Assembly (NCBI GenBank): GCA_903918025.1
Contig: CAIXCS010000036.1
Coordinates: forward strand, 1-51,416
Length of the DNA stretch: 51,416 nt
Source of the DNA: an uncultured Actinomycetes bacterium
GTDB taxonomy: Bacteria > Actinomycetota > Acidimicrobiia > Acidimicrobiales > RAAP-2
Direction of reading: 5' to 3'
Both the position numbers and the translations under genes were made by a program. Below are positions 27,557-36,153 of this stretch, piece after piece (the stretch's first letter is position 1; every line of letters begins with the position of its first letter). The notes under the pieces are model-generated. The model saw only the letters and a program-made list of their open reading frames with translations, did not search any database and was not told the origin of the DNA.

Positions 27557-28135
27557 TTACAACTTTGAGGCATCAAGCAGGCCTATAAGCCACTCTTCGG
27601 TAGCGGACCATCTTCTTCGTTCCGACTTCACCCACATCGTCATGACAAATACGCCCCATAGGAAGAAACCGGGTGGAAACAAGAGCGCTGCCGGATGGAT
27701 GGCATGCATCGAGGGTCCCGAATTCAACGCGGAGAAGATAAGGATTACTTCCATAGAAAGGCAGAACAGAAACATGAATGCCATCATCAAGGGTAGAAGT
27801 GCAATCGGCCCAACGCTTCCGACTAGGAGGGATCCTGTCGAAGTGGGTTCAATCACTCCATTGAACGAAAAGGCCGAATTATTACTGAGCCAACTCCTAG
27901 TTTTGATCGTGAAGTCTGCACCTTGGACCCAACCCCCCTGCTTCGCACTCAACCACCCGACGAATGATCCGGTGCGGAGCGATTCGGCGAGGCGATGTCG
28001 AACGATGTCTGAAGGCAAGGAAGTTTCAAACACGACATTCTGTTTAAAGAGTGGGAGTCTTCTGACTCGACCATAAATCCGAGGAATCACCGAATCACTT
28101 TCGGGTGGAACACCGTCATCATTCGAGTGGTTCAC
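27557..28135 (-). CDS. Hypothetical membrane protein (cargo of the decayed element)
   Basis: This 192-aa protein has a soluble N-terminal half and then 2-3 TM helices (PIALLPLMMAFMFLFCLSMEVILIF; LLFPPGFFLWGVFVMTMWV). It is visibly more AT-rich than the backbone genes, and I recognise no motif. Confidence 0.45.
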   Translation of the reverse strand: MNHSNDDGVPPESDSVIPRIYGRVRRLPLFKQNVVFETSLPSDIVRHRLAESLRTGSFVGWLSAKQGGWVQGADFTIKTRSWLSNNSAFSFNGVIEPTSTGSLLVGSVGPIALLPLMMAFMFLFCLSMEVILIFSALNSGPSMHAIHPAALLFPPGFFLWGVFVMTMWVKSERRRWSATEEWLIGLLDASKL

Positions 28136-28285
28136 GCCGCAACTCTACGCACGCACTCAGCCAAAGGTGAAGGTGATCGGAACCACCACGATTGACTCAT
28201 CGAAGAGCTACCAGAAAATGAGAGAACCCCTCTGAACTACGTTCACAGCGGTTCACCGTGTCCGCAAGGTCTCGCGACATCACAC

Positions 28286-28300
28286 TGGTGCGGGCGGAGG
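28286..28300 (+). repeat. Direct repeat 2: exact 15-bp copy of the tRNA-Arg 3' end (tggtgcgggcggagg), the target-site duplication of the intact IS
   Basis: It is identical to 29594-29608 and lies immediately outside the left IR. Confidence 0.85.
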
Positions 28301-29593
28301 TGTTTAGGTTCACGACCTTGTTGATACCTGTGTCGCGTCATCGTTGATACTGGCATGACCCCCACGATGGGGAATGTCCAAGGCTCGAGTCATTGTGTTG
28401 TCGGTCGTGCACCAAGGTCTAACCAAGGCTGAAGTGGCCAAGAAGTACAACGTGTCGTGGCAGTGGGTCCATACGCTCGTGACTCGCTACAACGCCGGTG
28501 GCCTCGAGGCGGTTGAACCGAGAAGCTCTCGACCAGCGAGTAATCCTCGGCAACTCTCTCCCACTACGGCAGCAGCCATCATTTCGCTCCGCCACGAACT
28601 CGTTGCTCAAGGTTTAGATGCCGGGCCAATCACCATTGCCTGACACCTTGAGCGCCAAGGACAACACGTCCCCTCAGTGTCGAGCATTCGTCGGGTGCTC
28701 CTTGGAGCAGGCCTCGTCCCACCTGAACCGAAAAAGCGTCCGAAAGCATCGTTGCAACGATTCGAAGCCGACCAACCCAATGAGATGTGGCAATCAGACT
28801 TCACTCACTGGCATCTCGCAGATGACAGTGATGTGGAGATCATCAATTGGCTCGATGATCACTCCAGATTTCTCTTGGCCATGGTGGTGCATCGCAGGAT
28901 CACTGGTCGCATCGTGATCGAGACCTTCACCGATTGCGTCAATGCCTTTGGTCTTCCAGCGTCAACCCTGACGGACAATGGCGTCGTCTACACAACCCGC
29001 CTCATTGGAGGGCGAAACGGCTTTGAGCACTTGCTCGCCTCACTCGGAGTCATCCAGAAAAATGGACAACCGAGTCACCCGCAGACGCAGGGCAAAATCG
29101 AACGATTCCATCAAACACTCAAGAAATGGCTCACCGAACAGCCGTCTGCGGCCACCATTGAGCAACTCCAAGGACAACTCGATCGCTTTCGAGAGCTCTA
29201 CAACGAACACCGGCCCCACCGAGGAGCACATCGACAAACACCAGGCACTGCTTATCGAGCAACGCCAAAAGCAACTGCTCGTTCGCGAGGATCGATTCAC
29301 TATCGAGTTCGCTTTGACAACGTTGACCAATTCGGCAAAATGACCCTTCGCCATGCAGGAGTGCTTCGCCATCTTGGAATTGGCAATCAACACGCTGGAG
29401 CGAAGGCATTGCTCCTCATTGATGCAGCAATGGTGACGGTGACAGACCTGTCAACTGGCGAAATTCTCTCGCAGCATCACATCGACGAGAGCAAGAACTA
29501 CTGGCGCAATCAACTTCGACAGCCCGGCCGCTGGCCGAGGTGACTATCAACGGTGTCGCGACTCATCTATCAACGATGTCGCGACTCATCACA
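28301..29593 (+). mobile_element. IS481-family insertion sequence (1293 bp) inserted in the 3' end of tRNA-Arg
   Basis: The left IR is TGTTTAGGTTCACGACCTTGTTGATA (28301-28326). The complement of the right IR is TGTGATGAGTCGCGACATCGTTGATA (29568-29593). They match at 18 of 26 positions by my alignment. A single transposase frame lies inside, and the element is flanked by a perfect 15-bp direct repeat. Confidence 0.8.
28374..29543 (+). pseudogene. IS481-family DDE transposase (HTH plus rve integrase core) interrupted by one in-frame TGA
   Basis: Track ORFs 28374..28643 and 28677..29543 are in the same frame. The read-through sequence is ...GPITIA*HLERQGQHVPSVSSIRRVLLGAGLVPPEPKKRP.... The rve core is present (MWQSDFTHW..DD.SRF; TDNG..Y). 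The TGA at 28641-28643 replaces the Trp codon that the remnant copy retains. Confidence 0.8.
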
Positions 29594-29670
29594 TGGTGCG
29601 GGCGGAGGGATTCGAACCCCCAACCTTCTGATCCGTAGTCAGATGCTCTAATCCGTTGAGCTACGCCCGC
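29594..29670 (-). tRNA. tRNA-Arg (anticodon ACG), CCA encoded
   Basis: The reverse complement is GCGGGCGTAGCTCAACGGATTAGAGCATCTGACTACGGATCAGAAGGTTGGGGGTTCGAATCCCTCCGCCCGCACCA. It folds as a cloverleaf with anticodon stem TCTGA/TCAGA, loop CTACGGA, and T-loop TTCGAAT. Confidence 0.9.
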
Positions 29671-29754
29671 GAGGTGCTTCAGTGCCACCCGGAGGTGGCG
29701 GGTCACCACTCTAGCCTGCGAGAAAACAGATCCTCTCCAAGCCGGAACTTCGGC

Positions 29755-30267
29755 TCAGCGGTCCTTGCCAATCTGCTTCTCAAGGGCCGCCATCTCACGG
29801 ACTATTTGCGCGAGATGCTGCTCTTGGTGCTTGAGATGGGTGTCTTGTTCAACCAGATGAGCTTGGATCTTGATCGCTTGTTCCAGAATCGCCGCTGCGT
29901 CGTTATACGTGGCCTCAGCTCGAGCGTCTGCAGCATTGGCTTGGATGTTCTGTCCAACAATGATGATGGGAAGCAAGACCAACTGAAGAAATGAACTCGA
30001 GAGCCAGAACACGACCGTGACGAGGTTGTGGCTTGAGATGGCAGAGGGAAGTGCCACGAGGGCGATCATGGCGAAGAGATACGCTGCCCACATCGTGCCA
30101 ACAATGGTCGTGACCTTCAGCCCCAACTTCGCATTGAGGCGCGTGATGAAACTTGGGTGGTCAAGCTGCCGCTGATCGTTGACTCGAATTGGGCCAGCTG
30201 CGACTCGCGCTTCAAGATGTTCCTCGGGAGTTGGCCTCGGCTCTGTGGTCATGTCAAGAGTCTGCAC
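29755..30267 (-). CDS. DUF1003-family membrane protein
   Basis: Two TM helices (GTMWAAYLFAMIALVALP; VVFWLSSSFLQLVLLPIIIVGQN) are followed by a coiled C-terminus (QANAADARAEATYNDAAAILEQ...). This architecture is typical of DUF1003. Confidence 0.55.
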   Translation of the reverse strand: MQTLDMTTEPRPTPEEHLEARVAAGPIRVNDQRQLDHPSFITRLNAKLGLKVTTIVGTMWAAYLFAMIALVALPSAISSHNLVTVVFWLSSSFLQLVLLPIIIVGQNIQANAADARAEATYNDAAAILEQAIKIQAHLVEQDTHLKHQEQHLAQIVREMAALEKQIGKDR

Positions 30268-30420
30268 GGCTGGTCCCCTTCAATGGTGGAGTCATTTGGC
30301 TCTCAACCATTGACGTCGGTTAGGTTCAGCCTTAATCGGATGACGTTGTCCGGACGCAATGACCAGGGGGAACCGGAGGTTTGGCCATAACGGGCAAGCC
30401 ACGGGCTGGAAGGGGAGCAC

Positions 30421-31587
30421 ATGACGACCGCATTTGAATCGGCCAATCTCGGTCCACTCACAATCAAGAACCGCATTATCAAAGCAGCGACGTTTGAGGG
30501 TCGAGCACCGAAGGGTGACGTCACCCAAGATCTGATTGATTTCCACGTGCAGATGGCAGAAGGTGGCGTTGGTATGACGACCGTCGCCTACCTGGCGGTG
30601 GCTCCAGAAGGACGAACCGATCGCAATTGCGTCCTGCTTTCAGACGCCGACAACGTTGCCAAATTGCAGACGCTCACGAACGCAGTTCACGAAGCTGGAG
30701 CCAAGATTTCGGCTCAGGTTGGTCACGCTGGCCCGGTTGCGAACAGCCGGTCAAACCGGGTCCCGACCCTCTCACCTTCCGGAGGACGTTCGCCCCTCGG
30801 AATGGTCTCCCACGAAGCCACCGAAGCGGACCTCGACAGAATCTTGATCGCCTTTACTGAGTCGGCAAGAAATGCAGTTGACGCCGGATTCGATTGCATT
30901 GAGCTTCACCTAGGTCACGGGTATCTGTTGTCATCGTTCATGAGTCCGAAAGCCAACTCTCGAACCGATGCGTATGGAGGAAGTCTCGAAGCCCGATCGC
31001 TCTACCCGCGAAAAGTCGTGGAGGCCGTCAAAGAAGTCATTGGCAACCAGGTGGCGCTCACCGCCAAAATCTCTATGAGGGATGGAACGAAGGGTGGCAT
31101 TGAGCTCGAGGACTCCATTCCGACTGCGAAGCTCTTAGAGGCAGACGGCCACCTTGACGCCCTTGTCTTGACTGCCGGAAGTTCCCTCAATAATCCGATG
31201 TATCTCTTTCGCGGCAAGGCGCCCCGCAAGGAATTTGCCGCAACCCTCCCACAGCCCCTCAAACTCGGTTTCAAGATTGTCGGACGCCATTTCATGCCGG
31301 ACTACCCCTACGAAGAGGCGTACTTCTTACCAATGGCGAGTCAATTTCGAGAGGCCCTCACCATGCCGCTCGTCCTCCTCGGTGGTGTTGCCAACGCAGC
31401 AACCATTGAGCAGGGTCTCGATGCTGGCTTCGAGTTCGTTGCCATGGGACGCGCTCTGCTCGCAGAACCTGACCTGCTCCTTCGCTACGAGGCCGGAACC
31501 GCAACGACGTCGAAGTGCACGCACTGCAATCGCTGCATGCCCTCGATCTACACCGGCACTCGCTGCACGGAGTTTGTGACCGCTTAA
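30421..31587 (+). CDS. NADH:flavin oxidoreductase (Old Yellow Enzyme family)
   Basis: It contains LTIKNRIIKAATFEG, HAGP and ELHLGHGYLLSSFMSPKANSRTDAYGGSLEARS, a classic OYE TIM-barrel motif. Confidence 0.85.
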   Translation: MTTAFESANLGPLTIKNRIIKAATFEGRAPKGDVTQDLIDFHVQMAEGGVGMTTVAYLAVAPEGRTDRNCVLLSDADNVAKLQTLTNAVHEAGAKISAQVGHAGPVANSRSNRVPTLSPSGGRSPLGMVSHEATEADLDRILIAFTESARNAVDAGFDCIELHLGHGYLLSSFMSPKANSRTDAYGGSLEARSLYPRKVVEAVKEVIGNQVALTAKISMRDGTKGGIELEDSIPTAKLLEADGHLDALVLTAGSSLNNPMYLFRGKAPRKEFAATLPQPLKLGFKIVGRHFMPDYPYEEAYFLPMASQFREALTMPLVLLGGVANAATIEQGLDAGFEFVAMGRALLAEPDLLLRYEAGTATTSKCTHCNRCMPSIYTGTRCTEFVTA

Positions 31588-32390
31588 GCCATCTCGTCGG
31601 CGAACAGGTAATGGCCTCCAAGAATGCCGGCGATGTTGCCGACAACGGTGATTCTGTCGAGGCGCTTGCCAAAACCGTCACGTCGGACAGTTCGAGCATT
31701 GCCACCACCAATGTAGAGATGGTCGAAGTTCACGAGATCATCAAGAAGCTCGACGGCTCGATGAACGAGAAGCGTCCACTGGTCATCGCCAATTCGCTTG
31801 CGAGCACGGTTCCCGAGTTCTCCATCGAGCGTTCCACTTCGAAGAAGTGGCATCGATCCCATTTCCATGTGCGGCGTCGCCACGCCATCTCGATACAGCG
31901 CAAATCCAAACCCAGTGCCAAGGGTGATGACGACTTCGATGCCTCGTCGAGCAATGACGGCGAGACCCTGCATTTCGGCATCATTCACCACTCGAACTGG
32001 TCGACCAATGGACCGCTCAAGCGCAGCCTCGAGCGGGAAACCCCTCCATGCCTTTCGAAGAACCGGATCAGCTTTCTGGCCAAGTCCCATTGACGATTCA
32101 AAGTGCGGAGCCACGAGAATCTTTCCCTCACGCACGACCCCTGGAAAGCCAACGGCCATTCTCGAGGTCACCGGGAACTTGGCTGAAAACTGGGTCAGGA
32201 GATGGACCATGGAGTCAATGCCTTCGGGTGGCAGTGGATACGGCGTCGAAAACTTCAACCGTTTCGTTACCATCTGTCCCTGAGCATCGAGCACCGCTCC
32301 CTTAATGCCGGTCCCGCCAATGTCAATGGCGAGGGTCGAAGGTGGTTGAACGCTCACGGAGCGAAAGGGTAGTGCCCGCGCCGACAACAC
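31584..32390 (-). CDS. ppgK: ROK-family polyphosphate/ATP glucokinase
   Basis: It contains LAIDIGGTGIKGAVLD, GFPGVVREG, NDAEMQG and ITLGTGFG. Its 268-aa length is typical of actinobacterial PPGK. Confidence 0.7.
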   Translation of the reverse strand: MLSARALPFRSVSVQPPSTLAIDIGGTGIKGAVLDAQGQMVTKRLKFSTPYPLPPEGIDSMVHLLTQFSAKFPVTSRMAVGFPGVVREGKILVAPHFESSMGLGQKADPVLRKAWRGFPLEAALERSIGRPVRVVNDAEMQGLAVIARRGIEVVITLGTGFGFALYRDGVATPHMEMGSMPLLRSGTLDGELGNRARKRIGDDQWTLLVHRAVELLDDLVNFDHLYIGGGNARTVRRDGFGKRLDRITVVGNIAGILGGHYLFADEMA

Positions 32391-32414
32391 ACCTTCTCGA
32401 GATCGAGATCAGGC

Positions 32415-33773
32415 TCATTTCGCAGACTTCTTCCGCGTCATTCCGCCAAGACTCACCACGAAGGGACGTTCGGTGTCATAGAGCACGATTGCCTGTCCGC
32501 GCTCAAGGGCGACCAGTTGTTCACCTCGGAGACGAGGTCGCCGTTCGCGTTGCACATGGGTGGATACCTCGCCTTTCGCTCGAGTAGTTGAGCTGGTCTC
32601 CACCACTTCTTCGCCGCTCAAGTCACGGAACATCTGGACCGTCGTTGGATCAATGGTTCCCGCACACAGCACTCGGGCTCGATGGTTGAGCACGAGTGAC
32701 GTGCCAAGAGCTCCGTGGCGAGCCACAACCTGACCAATGTCTTGGAACACCGTCAGCAGCGTGATGCCTTGACCTACTCCCGTCGCGGCAAGTTGGGCAA
32801 GTGTTTCGAGACCGGCGAGTTGCGCCGCTTCGTCTTGAACGACCAGAAGTGGTTGGCGGAGGCGACCCCCTTCAGACGCCGCACGTCGCATTGCGTGATC
32901 GAGCGCTTCGTTTCGTATGGCGGTCAGCATTCCTCGCGAGCGATCTTGGTCCCTCAGGGGGGCGCAGAGATACAGGGTTCCTTTGGCTTCAAGGAGTTGA
33001 TCAAAATCGAGACGGCCGCCAATACCGGATCCTCCATCAATGAGCGATTCGACCACTACCTCAATTGTCGTCGTGATCGAACTCGACTGCCGGGGATCGC
33101 GATCAAGACTTCCGAGCACCACCCGATAGGCATCGTGTTCGGATGCTGCAAGGAGAATTGCCAATGGCTCACTGAGCTGCTGTTCACTAATCCATGAAAG
33201 GAGTTCAGCAAGCGTGGCATCTGACAGTGCGGCGGCGAGGAGCAGTGGAGCCAGCATTCTCGCGGCTGCTGCGAGCCAAAAGGCTTCGTCGCCACTCGGC
33301 ACCATGGCGCTTGACGCAGCGCAGAGATCCTTGGCAAGTCGACGAGCCTCGCTGAAGGTGCCAACAGACGCCATGGGATTCCAAGAAACCGTCGGGAAGG
33401 TGCTCGCCTTTCCTGGGTCAATCACTGCAACTGGACCTCGACGTGAGCGGTGTTCCACGGTCGCTCGGAGCACGTCATCTTTGACGCTCGAAACGAGGAC
33501 CGGTCCATCCCAGTTCTCAATTGCCGGAATGACGAGCCGAGTGGTTTTTCCCGATTGTGTGGGACCAACAATGACCACGCTGTGCCCCGCCTCAGCCGAG
33601 ACCCCTCGATGGTTTGCTCTCCCGAGCTTCACGCGGTTGGGACCTTCTCCAGTAAGTCGTCTCGGAATTGACGTTCGGCGCTCTCCCTCTCGACTTCTTG
33701 CTATTCGTCTTCCAAGCCGTTCAGGTGAAGAGAGCACCGCAACGAGAGCCAGACTCACCACGGCGATGATCAA
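32415..33773 (-). CDS. VirD4/TraG-like type IV coupling-protein ATPase
   Basis: It has an N-terminal TM, Walker A (IVGPTQSGKTTRLVIP) and Walker B (PLLVVQDEAAQL). A 4-nt overlap joins it to the upstream ATPase gene. Confidence 0.65.
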   Translation of the reverse strand: MIIAVVSLALVAVLSSPERLGRRIARSREGERRTSIPRRLTGEGPNRVKLGRANHRGVSAEAGHSVVIVGPTQSGKTTRLVIPAIENWDGPVLVSSVKDDVLRATVEHRSRRGPVAVIDPGKASTFPTVSWNPMASVGTFSEARRLAKDLCAASSAMVPSGDEAFWLAAAARMLAPLLLAAALSDATLAELLSWISEQQLSEPLAILLAASEHDAYRVVLGSLDRDPRQSSSITTTIEVVVESLIDGGSGIGGRLDFDQLLEAKGTLYLCAPLRDQDRSRGMLTAIRNEALDHAMRRAASEGGRLRQPLLVVQDEAAQLAGLETLAQLAATGVGQGITLLTVFQDIGQVVARHGALGTSLVLNHRARVLCAGTIDPTTVQMFRDLSGEEVVETSSTTRAKGEVSTHVQRERRPRLRGEQLVALERGQAIVLYDTERPFVVSLGGMTRKKSAK

Positions 33774-34996
33774 CGTCGCATCGCGTGATCGCTATCGATC
33801 ATTTCCCGCTCGTGATCGTGAACGTGATGTCGAACAAGATGCGCTTCACCTGAAACTCTCCAAAGTGCGACTCCCCTTCCGAGGGTTGGAAGGAGTCCAA
33901 TCTCGGTTGCACCGTGCCCGAGGATCTCCCCCGCATCAGTTGCATCCTCCTGTCCGAGTTGGAAACACACCGACGTCCCTGAATCAGCCAACAATCCAGC
34001 TGCGAGCGCGACGGTTGAGTCGCCGCGGTCACCAACTCCAAGGACATCGGAAACACGGTGCAGCACGAGAATGTTTGACGTTGCCGTTGATCGCGCCAAT
34101 TTCCACGAACCTTGGAGCCAACGAGAGACACTCAAATCACTGAGTACTGCCCACGCTTCATCGAGCACCAAATACCTCGGGCTCAAGGGGGTCGAACTCG
34201 CACCCTCCAGCCACGCAAGTGTGCAGGCAATGACCAGGGGCAGTGCGCTCGTGTTCCAAACGGCAGAGAGGTCGAGGATCACGAGCGAGTGGTCAAGTGT
34301 GCACGATGGCGAGGTGACGGCATCGAACATTCCAGCCAGATCCCCTTCCGTCAGGCGAAGGAGTTCAAGCGCGAGTTCTCGGCCATCGATCTGCAGTGCA
34401 CTGACGGAACAGTGGAGGCGCTTGGCGGCACTCGCCTGAGGCTCAAACAGCGCATCGCCAATTGCTCCAATGGTGGCATTGCTCATCAGTGAAACAGCCC
34501 CTCTCGCCTCAACGAGCGCTGCTCGTTCTCCAGGGGTGAGGCCACGCTTGAGGCCATGTTCAAGAAGGGCCACGAGTAGCGCCACATCTGTGCGAATCGA
34601 CGTTGGATCAGGGCCCCCACGAACGGGGTTCAGTTGGATCGATCCACCTGGTTCCAGTCGAATGGGTGTCACGCCGACCACCGCAGCGAGTGACTCGTAC
34701 TCCCCCTTCGGATCGAGCACCACTGCCCTCCGGCCTCGTTTGAGTTCACGCAGGAGAAACGTCTTGATGAACGCGCTCTTGCCCTTCCCAAGTTGTCCAA
34801 GCACCACAAGATTGGGATTGGTCACGAAGCCCTGGGCATACGCCGTGAAGGGATCAAACGTGAACTCCCCTCCAAGGAGATCCGCACCAATTGCAGTGCC
34901 GTGATTGACCATGGAGCCAGTGGTCACGGGCGCTAACACCCCAAGATGTTCCGTCGTCCATTCAAACGATGCCTGCAGCCAACGCTTCCTCTTCAC
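33770..34996 (-). CDS. VirB4-like T4SS ATPase domain protein (C-terminal half of a split VirB4)
   Basis: It has Walker A (VLGQLGKGKSAFIKT) and Walker B (RYLVLDEAWAVL). It is coupled by 4 nt to both neighbours. Confidence 0.65.
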   Translation of the reverse strand: MKRKRWLQASFEWTTEHLGVLAPVTTGSMVNHGTAIGADLLGGEFTFDPFTAYAQGFVTNPNLVVLGQLGKGKSAFIKTFLLRELKRGRRAVVLDPKGEYESLAAVVGVTPIRLEPGGSIQLNPVRGGPDPTSIRTDVALLVALLEHGLKRGLTPGERAALVEARGAVSLMSNATIGAIGDALFEPQASAAKRLHCSVSALQIDGRELALELLRLTEGDLAGMFDAVTSPSCTLDHSLVILDLSAVWNTSALPLVIACTLAWLEGASSTPLSPRYLVLDEAWAVLSDLSVSRWLQGSWKLARSTATSNILVLHRVSDVLGVGDRGDSTVALAAGLLADSGTSVCFQLGQEDATDAGEILGHGATEIGLLPTLGRGVALWRVSGEAHLVRHHVHDHEREMIDSDHAMRR

Positions 34997-36153
34997 CGGA
35001 TGCCTTCTCTCGGGTTCCCAAGTGCACGAAGGACTCGAAGTTGGCGCCCAAAGGAGGTGGCAACGTCAATCTCCATCGTCGAACCGAGTCCAAGGAGCGA
35101 CGACTGACGAGTGGCAAGAGCACTCCGAGTCACACCTCGAACCGTGAGGAACATCGTCGCCTCCACCGGAACGGAACCCGCGGCCAGTGAAGCTTCGTAG
35201 GAGTCTCGACCTTCCGTCAGCCGTTCGGCCCTTGCTGACCTTCGAAACCCTCGGCGTTCAAGGACCCCTCGATCGGCCATTGAGCCCGTTTGACGTCGCT
35301 CAAGGCGACGCTGAAAGCCGGTGCGACTCGGAACTCGGATGGTAAGGGCCATACAGTCAAACGGCGGGTCAACAACCAGAGAGAGACCGAAGTTGAGTGC
35401 GACCGGGCGTTCCGGGAAGGAACGCACAATGACTGACGACCACCAACCAGACTTGGTCCGAGTGCTCCCGAGATGCACCTTCCGAGTTCGCCCGGTTGCA
35501 ACGACTTGGCGGTCTGTTTCGACTCGCGAACCAATAACCCACTGTTTTCCCTGCAACTGCTCGAGAAAAGCGTTGACGGCATCGTCGTGACCACTTGGAA
35601 CAATGAGCAAGGTCACGAGGTGGTGCTGCGAATTCGAGAGTTCGAGTCTGTCTGCCAGATGGAGGTCGAGGAAGTGTTGTCGACAGGTCAAGAGTTGAAC
35701 CGGGGCTGCTGATCGTGCACCAAGTTGCGCCAGGGCAAGACCAAACTGCGATCGAATGACCACCTGTTGACTTGATGACCGCAGGTGAAGATCGGGAGCG
35801 TGCAGCACCATCACAGTTCGGAGCTGAAGCTTGGCAGCGGTTTGACGCGAAGCATCACCTCGAAGCATGAGGAGTTCCTCGCTCCAACACGCGAAGTGGC
35901 CCATCCACTGATCAATGCCAAATCCTCGAAACTCAAAAACGGCGAGAAGAAGAGCAACGCCGATGAAGAGGAGCGCTAACGGCAAACGAAACATGTCTCG
36001 AATCGAACCAAGACACCACAACGACAGCCCAAGTGCACCGACGGCGGCGGCGGCCTGAGTTGGCCGCAAGATACCAAGCAGTTTGCGTTCGTACCGAGGG
36101 GGGAAGTGGATAGTTGGCGCAGGCTCACTCACGCTCGGCACCTCGTTCAACAA
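34993..36153 (-). CDS. SCO6880/PrgI-VirB3-like membrane protein (N-terminal half of a split VirB4)
   Basis: Its N-terminus (ERKLLGILRPTQAAAAVGALGLSLWCL...LALLFIGVALLLAVFEF) forms a two-TM hairpin, followed by a soluble domain of about 290 aa. This architecture is seen in actinobacterial conjugation clusters. Confidence 0.5.
   Translation of the reverse strand: MLNEVPSVSEPAPTIHFPPRYERKLLGILRPTQAAAAVGALGLSLWCLGSIRDMFRLPLALLFIGVALLLAVFEFRGFGIDQWMGHFACWSEELLMLRGDASRQTAAKLQLRTVMVLHAPDLHLRSSSQQVVIRSQFGLALAQLGARSAAPVQLLTCRQHFLDLHLADRLELSNSQHHLVTLLIVPSGHDDAVNAFLEQLQGKQWVIGSRVETDRQVVATGRTRKVHLGSTRTKSGWWSSVIVRSFPERPVALNFGLSLVVDPPFDCMALTIRVPSRTGFQRRLERRQTGSMADRGVLERRGFRRSARAERLTEGRDSYEASLAAGSVPVEATMFLTVRGVTRSALATRQSSLLGLGSTMEIDVATSFGRQLRVLRALGNPREGIR

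Larger units (their letters stand above)
25709..28285 (+). mobile_element. Decayed older IS481-family copy carrying foreign cargo (Fic/XRE pair and a membrane protein)
   Basis: The left IR tgttgagtttcacggcttggttgata (25709-25734) matches the intact IS left IR at 21 of 26 positions. A degenerate transposase 5' fragment follows. The right end (...ggtctcgcgacatcacac, ending at 28285) resembles the intact right end (...gtcgcgactcatcaca). Both ends abut copies of the 15-bp tRNA-derived repeat. Confidence 0.55.

Noticed and set aside
28641-28643. The TGA read as selenocysteine
   Set aside because: The homologous position in the sister copy is TGG (Trp), no SECIS-like hairpin is obvious immediately downstream, and transposases are not selenoproteins.
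28607-28680. Possible programmed -1/+1 ribosomal frameshift between the two transposase ORFs, as in IS3 elements
   Set aside because: Both ORFs are in the same reading frame and are separated only by one TGA, with no slippery heptamer. A point nonsense mutation explains it.
33214-34143. 309-aa plus-strand ORF antisense to the T4SS ATPase genes. Similar long antisense ORFs lie at 43546..44397, 49549..50517, 39944..40681 and 10464..11054
   Set aside because: They have low-complexity Ser/Arg/Pro-rich translations and lie opposite genes with clear Walker or family motifs. These are shadow ORFs expected in GC-rich DNA.
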